In this document: piece by piece, positions 61,901-64,000 of the stretch
Layout of the letters: each line of letters opens with the position of its first letter
Numbering within the stretch: the stretch's first letter is position 1
The notes under the pieces: model-generated
What the model saw: the letters and a program-made list of their open reading frames with translations, nothing else
The model's database searches: none
What the model was told of the DNA's origin: nothing
Origin: an uncultured Verrucomicrobiae bacterium
GTDB lineage: Bacteria; Verrucomicrobiota; Verrucomicrobiia; Limisphaerales; Palsa-1400
Length of the DNA stretch: 64,000 bases
Assembly (NCBI GenBank): GCA_963764165.1
Contig: CAVXRD010000001.1
Location: forward strand, 896,001-960,000
Reading direction: 5' to 3'
Translations under genes and position numbers: made by a program

Positions 61901-64000
61901 CATCGATAATGAAGTTGGCCCCTGGCAACAAGTAACGTTTCAAATCGCAAGCGGGTCGCATCAATTGCAATGGAATTTTGAAGAATATCAAACTGGCTTA
62001 GGTGTGGATGCCGCCTGGGTATCTCAGTTAACCGTTGTGGGCAATCCCGGCGTCTCCGCATTGCCCGCCCTTACCGTCGTGCCGCAAGGCGCTAGCCAAA
62101 CCTACTCTGTCACCACGACGGGCAACGCGCCGTTCACTTATCAATGGTATTTTGACGGTTCCCAAATCGGCGGAGCTACGTCTTCCACCTACTCCGTTTC
62201 CAGTGTCCAGCCGTCCAACGCCGGCACGTATTCTGTGGTGGTGGGCAACGTCCTCGGTTCGGTTGATGCTTCGAATGCGGTCTTGGCCGTGACCGGGCCG
62301 CTGTCAGCGGCCCTTGCGAATTCGGCCAACACGTGGCTGACGGGCGGTGACGCCCCTTGGTTTGCCGAAACCAACGTAACTTATGGAACGAACGCCTATG
62401 CCGCCCAATCCGGCAGCATCGGAGCCAATCAGCAAAGTTGGATGCAGACGACGATTTCCGGACCAGGCACTCTATCGTTTCTATGGCAGGTCTCGTCTCT
62501 CACCAACCATGGGTTGCTGGAATTCTCGATTAATGGGGTGTCGACCAATCAGTTGACGGGACAAGCCCCGTGGCAGGGTTACACCAATCATTTCGATGCG
62601 GGCACCTACACCTTCCGCTGGACTTACTTGCAAGATGGTCAAGTCAGCGCCGCAACCAACGCTGGCTGGGTCGATCAGGCAGCGTTTGCGCTTGACGCAA
62701 GTGTAAGTTTTGCCGTGACCAACAATGCCGACAGCGGTCCCGGCACCCTGCGCCAGGCCATCCTGGATGCCAACGCGACCCCCGTCTTCAGTGTTATCGA
62801 TGCTACTTCCATTACAGGCGCGATTAATTTGCAGAGCATGCTGCCGATTATCACCAACGCCATCAGTCTGAAAGGCCCCGGCAGTTCGAGCCTGACCATC
62901 AATGGAGGTGGCACGAACCGCATCTTCTTTGTTGATGCACCCAACCTTAGTGTCACTTTCAGCGGAGTGACTTTATCCAACGGATTGGCTCGCGGCGGCA
63001 ACGGCGGTGATTCCGGAGGTGGCGGCGGAATGGGCGCAGGTGGCGCGCTCTTCGTCAACGGTGGCGCCATCACGGTTTCAAGCGTTAGTTTTCTCAACAA
63101 CGCCGCACAAGGTGGCGTTGGGTCGAGTTCTCAAAACAACAGCTTCGGGAGCGCCGGCGGCGGTGGCGGAATGGGTGGCAACGGCGGCGGTGGACAATTT
63201 GGCAGCGGCGGTGGCGGCGGTTTGCTCGGCAACGGCGGCATTGGCGGCGAAGGCGGTGGCGGCGGTGGCGGCGGCGGTCTCTATGCCAACGGCGGCAACG
63301 GCGATTCCCAACAGACAGGCGGCGGCGGTGGCGGAGGTTTAACGGCGGGTTCGAATGCGGATTCAACCCAGGATAGCGGCGGCCTTGGCGGCATCGACGG
63401 TGGCATGGGCGCGTCGGTTTCCGAAATTTACACCAATGGCGGCGACATCGTCGTGGCAACAAACGCCGCCCCTGGCGAAGCTTTTGGCGGCGGCGGCGGC
63501 GGCGCGGGTGGGCTGTGGGGAACACAAGGTGGCGGCGTGATCTATGCTCCAACAGCCGCAACTGCCGGCGCCAACGGAGGCAAATACGGTGGTGGCGGCG
63601 GCGAAAGCGGCAGCCTGCAAAATAACCGCACCGGCGGCGGCGGCAACGGCGGTGATTTCGGCGGCGGCGGCGGCCAAAGCGGAGACGCTTCCGGCAATGG
63701 CACAGGGCAAGGTGGATTCGGCGGTGGCGGCGGCGGCGGCGGCAACGGTTACACTGGCCGCACCGAATTGGCCGGGAATGGCGGATTCGGCGGTGGAGGG
63801 GGCGGCGGCGGATCATATGGTGGCGACGGCGGTTATCCTGGACCTTACGGTGGCGGTTCCGGTATTTCGGAATTTGGAGATGTAGGGCCGGGCGGAGGCG
63901 GTGCGGCGTTGGGCGGAGCGGTTTTTGTGCGCGCCAACATTGGCACCTCGATTCACATTATTGACAGCGTCGCGGACAACGGTTCAGTTACCGGGGGCGC
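43965..64000 (+). CDS. Giant secreted multi-module protein (>6,670 aa, 3' end outside the window): 11 beta-helix/choice-of-anchor-Q modules with Ig linkers, then other domains and a Gly-rich region
   Basis: ATG 43965 with signal peptide (...VLTALLAAWPAFA). The same frame reads as sensible protein at every point I checked through IDSVADNGSVTGG at 64000. The ORF track lists nothing in this frame, which is expected if there is no stop. Confidence 0.93.
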   Translation, partial: MKTQNKYPSKRSIALVRAVARVLVLTALLAAWPAFALPVIYVNQHASAASAQTGVNWANAYKELRNALPAANAIAATNGQGVEIWVASGTYYPDVQSSQNRFATFNVGSKVTIRGGFAGSETSPTQRLPAFDQFGNPAFLTVLSGDIGQPMITQLSSTNTLSQFLNTPNFPYFTNAVGPGSLANDQDNCFNVVTLKNVAGVSLDSLVIYGGYAGNLMEDGTNVVSVNELESIGLWNSNSVTSPLYPLTNIVAGGGILLTFPPSNIHRPASEIALTMTNCAVWGNYSAGYGGGMCVYGGNIILRNCQFEYNVAGMDGGAIWDASVHSEIDLCTFERNVATESGGAIGYITFDFPFTVANAEQEVSTNSTLVSQQVESIVHTVTRGLGVTKTAMGELGLTEELQNGVSAAYTSLKAWWPSGSGGIEGANASLAGIRDLQDAAATPTGPSSQEIADLWIRNFGSSTTSEAAAAEIAEDAAADAEDDIPIGKLFDLTDGADLPFAVINLGTDIAILAGDTNGIGGEIALALNSSTSQILFLASPLSWIISAVEAEISDIESLAVDAPPEDLKSTYKKAQLGQYNAAPASLLNGCVFSNNTANLDGGAFSEAYKNVQAQGCWFGNNDGGVSGGAISCGDWCLAYIADSAFYGNSSENGYSAVLNWGNSRTYLYNSTLVGNGSPNTNYATAIGNQTGSDVKVINCVLWGNTNAVNRTGGADITTITRALLPPSSQAAYDSMGSAQGDLVATCDVFNSDVQNVGPLGTKIYDVVTEQPASIGQSLLNVLDFSFGGEQEPTITATAVSLPAPTYEQFQFEPLSVSTDVYDAINNIYQDVIWWDFAGLAETVGFVNIGEGTVTWPYEGATVEPGDYNNNPQLGGFEGIDPKSSSPISAGYDYPLEIYGQFLWSAYAESSLPSFNVARENDPAMDAFDSYNEYDIHGLRREGSIGASDPLATSTASENGISPLAAPLELGLIGNGSGPVLFVNASATGNGSGSSWANAVTSFSQAVQTLLPTGAQIWVAGGNYAANGVTVAASTVIYGGFAGTESNLTGRVLGAHPTVVHGNGSGAVLILNGAVMIDGLNITGGGYSDEYNGGGGVYSSDSIDLATFSNCVFSNNTANEGGAMYLMGPALIANCSFLNNSASYEGGALMLEDYTNYSGDVRLYDCVFAGNSAAYGGGVLIRGPDVNTGVEFHVVNDTFYNNRSTSSTPYRSASQPGGGGLLFDDSETGFLTVQNCIFWQNSAPGGANIEWQQLEAAPYTLYESYSPIEYGYRQFAVGSSLIEGMGVYSSPQPFDENDIGYPNYPAYLAASNALSLDPLFANPAANNFNLTAGSPALGAGIGSGLPAGFPYSDLAGNPREIGSRLDLGAYEYQGAVNPYGVEVTAYQGCGGGLGNATMQATWNMNTAVSGLQWQVYYPGATGWSNVSGQYYTGINSSNLNITGLPPSLNGTFYRLVANSPPGFASSPVAIAFSPIIYVNSRQGYAGNGTSWNNAFVDIQSALDVSTGCQQIWVAGGIYNGDLFIGNNQSVGLIGGFAGNETSLAQRNWRANPTILSGQGAGNANPLVEMEGSAVMDGFILTGSTSYSVVDCYGNTPSLQNCNITNNQGTAAMFNNCVSASVVNCMVQSNGGGGLSSSGPLSVVNSLIVNNNSAFLAAINAYSQLSVIGCTIAGNQGYTCGGIETINAAVTIKNSILWQNTANPIYATPSLMELSAQGSSLSIANTIIENWNGGGALPFDPLFVSSATNFQLTAHSPAIGAGNPSEIDGQATDLAGNPRVSFRNNTTQVDLGAYEYAGAASSPVALYGSPKSITSCTTANPISFTVAASNSLDSVTWLVNEGHGFATATAGATFQLTQSSGVTNTATLTIPTPLQSMNGWQFEAQIGSYTTLPAILNFVPPTVIYVNQSAPGANNGTSWNDAYTSLASAVAEANGCSQIWVAGGIYSNPGGASYSLPEGAGLYGGFAGYEDALNERSPNNSPTILTTDNSDDIISLGQYAKLTPATVVDGFTFQLNTGVGIGNYSGAATVRNCSFEGPTIFAIYNVDYSGSITGSTFSNVQGVAIQSEFSSPVIASNTFLNCSSSANFPLLYGEDSVQSVAACSFVRNTTACVGSENGGGVTLTRSSFLSNNAPSGAVYLTGGSVASTISDCLFVANSNAFRGSAIQDYNNNTTVVNCTFADNVTAYGGALYFSEGGAVIANSILWSNTATLASAYFVLPEVQQVQVAAGTIIVSNTDVEGLNKFNGSGNMGYNPQFNFPPYDFSLSTNSPLINAGSLNFASAAGAVDLAGANRTARGAIDMGAYEFQGTPATPVYSTGIPGLVSLCSGRANTLSVPLTANLTNGFVWQLWSPTGDVTELGDANSSAPGYSIAVGNNQTSITFQPSESLIGSSFVALEADGSNAVVTIAGLQDPEIIYVNSAAAGANTGTSWTDAFTSLQPALNQASCSDIWVAGGPYVASTFTVNNDVHVYGGFAGGETNVSQRNWQINTTTLQGSGNDFTIQTFGSPLFDGFTIASSAATHSAVFLYGGSPTLQNCVFQNVTGGAIQTEGASAQIVACQFRGNSAQNNSAGGAIDNSFHSIMLVDQCIFTGNNAISGGAVFNDNTSAITLLNCLFTSNNATDGGAIYNLGQATAINCTLYGNTAERGGAWEQYSSGSAPASATIINSILWNNAATGYGIVSYSLEDSEADGTNIAISYSTVQGITPGYANLSTDPLFANPSTGNFALSPWSPAIGRGEPWPGLNWTNYLSVDLNGTPRSPTSDDQGAYVAAGHSNTLNFDSPLTSAAGCVGGSAIFGISYPPGSGYNIAWLVNTGSGFASVASVFPGGGYTISNGLGGSSLSFEALPLALNGMQVEFQVGSASYTSPPATLTVSSPTVIYVNAAATGANNGTSWTDAYTNLISTLSSAPSCTAIWVAGGNYVPSGSQQTFVLQPDQQIYGGFAGNETNVNERVFGMHPTLLGNLLIEATDSSIDGNSRLDGLCFTNYGGNATLVYLSGCGPVVANSVFTGGNFEVDAASSTATFTNCSFLNNGSDSCIFTFGSTNVEPTIEGCQFIGNLTGIYAEGPVSVAGCLFESNLNTAVIGQSGRIAGSSFIGNIADSYAVASGVLLQGTSKISSCLFAWNSGANAPVYVEGGQVVNCTFVHNEGWVGAADGTCNLANCLVWKNSGQYGNFYGSVNVSQSQVDSYYPYFVNDAGGNWQLTSNSPALRAGGVGNVIDTVDLAGNPRTTGGQVDLGAYEYTNAQVAPAFIAGLPASVTICSENGTGLQGGASISVAGAAGYTYTWQQVGGGVVTNNADVTISSSANASVLFFPDPGIQLNGASFQVTAQTPYGSVAVPGTATLTVLPRQIIYVNASNIISGDGSSWANAYTSLTPALAEAGNNPCSEVWVAAGVYKPQSLGVPNGIPILGGFAGWETSNLQRNWTNNVTVLGGSGGPLTQYTSDSFGLTYSSGTGGPLLENVSVLDGFTVSNCSGAALLLSLSTPPVIANCTFVQNTGTADPNSDAALISFVTDETVVVTNCVFQNNQNILLRMAISLVANNVNQLVDVTGCLFESNSVTPVVMLDAGRLLLEGCRFLTNQTADTGTIYTGYGTTALDRCILAGNAGQDLNYTGGGAALECDYGTVTIKNSLLVGNSGRFCGAIENSMSTVVVENCDVVQNTGNYSCGGIFNGAGGTLTLANSIFWNNSAIQDGGTLAEQQIYNSQSIQEYYNLGNLINCCVQGLPEYYIGGYFYDPLFVNPSAGNYHLQSVSPYLNSGNNTYASSLDLDGNARIAGGTVDLGCYEFAGTAGAPEQIFQQPVSQTVCAGNPANFAYLYQSGTVQWYWNNGSGFQPVVNSASQYVQASTVTLPNGTVGGGPLTALSSTLIVTNTSTDFNGYQYMAVLDNYTNPVSVLTVNPRSVIYVNSNSRGANSGADWLDAFTNLDEALGMAGGCEQVWVAQGTYIPSTSFVLQQGVEVYGGFAGTETNLAQRDWTNYPAHLLGNGSYALVDNAQNGLNAATLLDGFTLTGAGSFPAVINYQSSPAFANCSFVNNSNAGFGQAIVENQSGSPVFNNCLFASNSQLCVYNFTASPAFNGCQFIGNQNSNGVGTVESFGDTSHLLQSGPQFIGCKFIGNSAQQAGAIFNDNGVCQAVNCVFSNNTCGNIGEGGALVNSQSGGLSVFGVTNCLFVSNSAYTGGATGNDGGLLYLVNCTVTRNTAAQAPAGLFDRQTGGGTFCLNSIVWQNLASGVESTPSEMTDSVFSSNSCIEGIAPAGYSVGGGVIQYDPLFVNPATGNWQLSPNSPAIAAGNPQLDGSVSTDLAGNPRVVNGTVDLGAYELGLPRSASPLELVSGPESQTICAGESAIFTATGNAGVNYTWEYNIGSGWNSLSSGGSQTLATTSTSTTLTVSNAPQSLNGIQYRLNVSTATATNQFYATLTVTPSGVIYVNAAAGAGGNGTSWAQAYNNLAVALQNVAACDSIIWVAHGTYASSNLNVQPGVSLYGGFVGTETNLTQRQWQANPSVLSGGIAFLGDAPLPGSSPTILDGFYAEGGTVGVSISGAYPPTLATVSVQNCVIANNSQYGVTISEPAASGSVVQNCLIESNGLAGAFLWNCSATVLNCVITANGNATTLGGGVVLYGVDNGTLLSSAQPTVENCLIHGNFAQQGGGMYAYSSVSSFVEPTIVNCVIESNLAGAGSALYSQNSYVSVINDTIVNNTGTAPYPGYGAAISGAALNPDSVLITIENSILWNNLAAGTNGVAAEYFAPLQNIVEYLVYNSDVEGYPASAGSGNLGADPLFVDSATNLQLSASSPLLGAGNASDIAGYALDAAGAPRLINNRADLGAYEFQGTPSSAVTVSQYPVSTIYSPCSSTLTVVASGNALTYQWQVNTGAGFVNIPGATSSSFTASPAPANGTQYRCLIASAGGSASPTTAATMTVYPLVWYVNAASPGGDGTSWATAFTTLEQALANPLLQHCGEQIWVAAGIYQPTNNPYNSYIPLSLLEGVTLYGGFSGTETNLSQRNWIAHQTILDGSKLEASSAIINNLSSMDGSASVDGFVFQNAQTGVENNTGANPTVANCTFLTSIEQPLYNYQNSALITNCVFNGCGEAYNQDSSSKYVGCTFENTTNSAILFFNDAGVGAQGTIARCQFVNNTGGCVSVNASVLISDSLFTGNYGNSREVIFVDQATLRLVNCTFTGNSGANAAFLIGEEQASIGIYNSIFWNNYCGLTQDSSERGMFGYPGYTFTQVAEAANNDIQSPSLQFNGNGNVSLDPIFQMPLPPLTSEGPIAASGDFHLTADSPLLAAGAVGQVADSVDFDGMPREVNGSVAMGAYEYQGGQGSPVVITQQPESFVYCSSATNYFEIGISGAEVNYQWQVNQNNGLGFASISAATNAVLPIVNATIAENGWQYRCLVSAAGGELYSSTASLTIYPNRLYVNATSAGGDGLSWATAFNTLHQALNAPVDPCSENQVWLAAGTYSDVNLAETELQIVGGFAGTETNAAQRTFTSAPTIITSTLYYNGSLVDGVTFNGAVLDCVSDTTVTNCAFVNGTGGGGWSSVMLNWEAYTGQEAGQGSVVVNCRFTNDAYGVFAGLNATVSNCWFVGQRDEAISGPPYNSFNSSSSVVINHCSFISNLDTCLAFDSQGYIGQNISILHSVFEYNNSWPVFSAADNIAMKDSLVANNGNGIYLQYGSGSFTGCTIVGNQGEGVNANYAALNLTNTVLWGNSQGGYFSVSGYPLTFDHCWVQGSASDPVFAGVGNYTLSPCSPLIGAGDVSAANGDPLDLAGNPRTYNGSVDIGAYQFEGVQAAAFSIAAQPSNQLGDSANAVEFTVQTSRAAGAYQWQEAGPGGAFTNLVDGGVYLGSQTATLTVTNASPSMNGSQFQCVVASPEGCTLVSSVAELVYGIPLAAALEAPTGVTVNFSGAAPWFGETNVTHDGLVAAQSGGGLRNGQESTMTAEVQGPATVSFWWYLSSYGRLQFTVDNSSIAAIDNEVGPWQQVTFQIASGSHQLQWNFEEYQTGLGVDAAWVSQLTVVGNPGVSALPALTVVPQGASQTYSVTTTGNAPFTYQWYFDGSQIGGATSSTYSVSSVQPSNAGTYSVVVGNVLGSVDASNAVLAVTGPLSAALANSANTWLTGGDAPWFAETNVTYGTNAYAAQSGSIGANQQSWMQTTISGPGTLSFLWQVSSLTNHGLLEFSINGVSTNQLTGQAPWQGYTNHFDAGTYTFRWTYLQDGQVSAATNAGWVDQAAFALDASVSFAVTNNADSGPGTLRQAILDANATPVFSVIDATSITGAINLQSMLPIITNAISLKGPGSSSLTINGGGTNRIFFVDAPNLSVTFSGVTLSNGLARGGNGGDSGGGGGMGAGGALFVNGGAITVSSVSFLNNAAQGGVGSSSQNNSFGSAGGGGGMGGNGGGGQFGSGGGGGLLGNGGIGGEGGGGGGGGGLYANGGNGDSQQTGGGGGGGLTAGSNADSTQDSGGLGGIDGGMGASVSEIYTNGGDIVVATNAAPGEAFGGGGGGAGGLWGTQGGGVIYAPTAATAGANGGKYGGGGGESGSLQNNRTGGGGNGGDFGGGGGQSGDASGNGTGQGGFGGGGGGGGNGYTGRTELAGNGGFGGGGGGGGSYGGDGGYPGPYGGGSGISEFGDVGPGGGGAALGGAVFVRANIGTSIHIIDSVADNGSVTGG

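Noticed and set aside
44068..63885. Many short ORFs in the track, including the Arg-rich 63094-63816 and Pro-rich 63542-63745
   Set aside because: They are off-frame or antisense shadows of the giant ORF; the Arg/Pro/Ala bias comes from GGC glycine runs.

Overview
GC-rich bacterial DNA that looks like Verrucomicrobia (Pedosphaera-like, PVC superphylum). This is inferred from the DUF1501/PSD1 pair, the extended ECF sigma factor and the characteristic secreted proteins. The window has four blocks. (1) 1-16.6 kb is core plus secretome: a probable thiH 5' end, an S53 protease, nadA, a Calx/Ig protein, an O-methyltransferase, lysC and two ECF sigma systems. (2) 16.8-27.6 kb is a decayed insertion hotspot. 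It is marked by three copies of the 3' end of the PSD1 gene and holds nested MITEs, REP-like palindromes, split tRNA-Ser and tRNA-Gly scars, two PIN toxin-antitoxin pairs, an ISAs1 remnant, a second S53 protease with a frameshifted tail, and a NYN nuclease with a divergent small structured-RNA candidate. (3) 27.6-39.7 kb holds PSD1/DUF1501, fabD-fabG-acpP-fabF, tRNA-Ala(CGC) and katG, with LysR/OxyR-like, PAS and DUF1501 remnants. (4) 39.8-64 kb holds a beta-propeller sensor kinase and two response regulators, followed by a giant ORF missing from the supplied track. That ORF starts at 43965, is still open at 64000 and exceeds 6,670 aa. It contains 11 beta-helix/choice-of-anchor-Q modules, mostly joined by Ig domains with a co-varying cysteine pair at each junction, an unusual helical insert in module 1, and a glycine-rich region at the window end. 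All calls are from reading the sequence; no searches were run.
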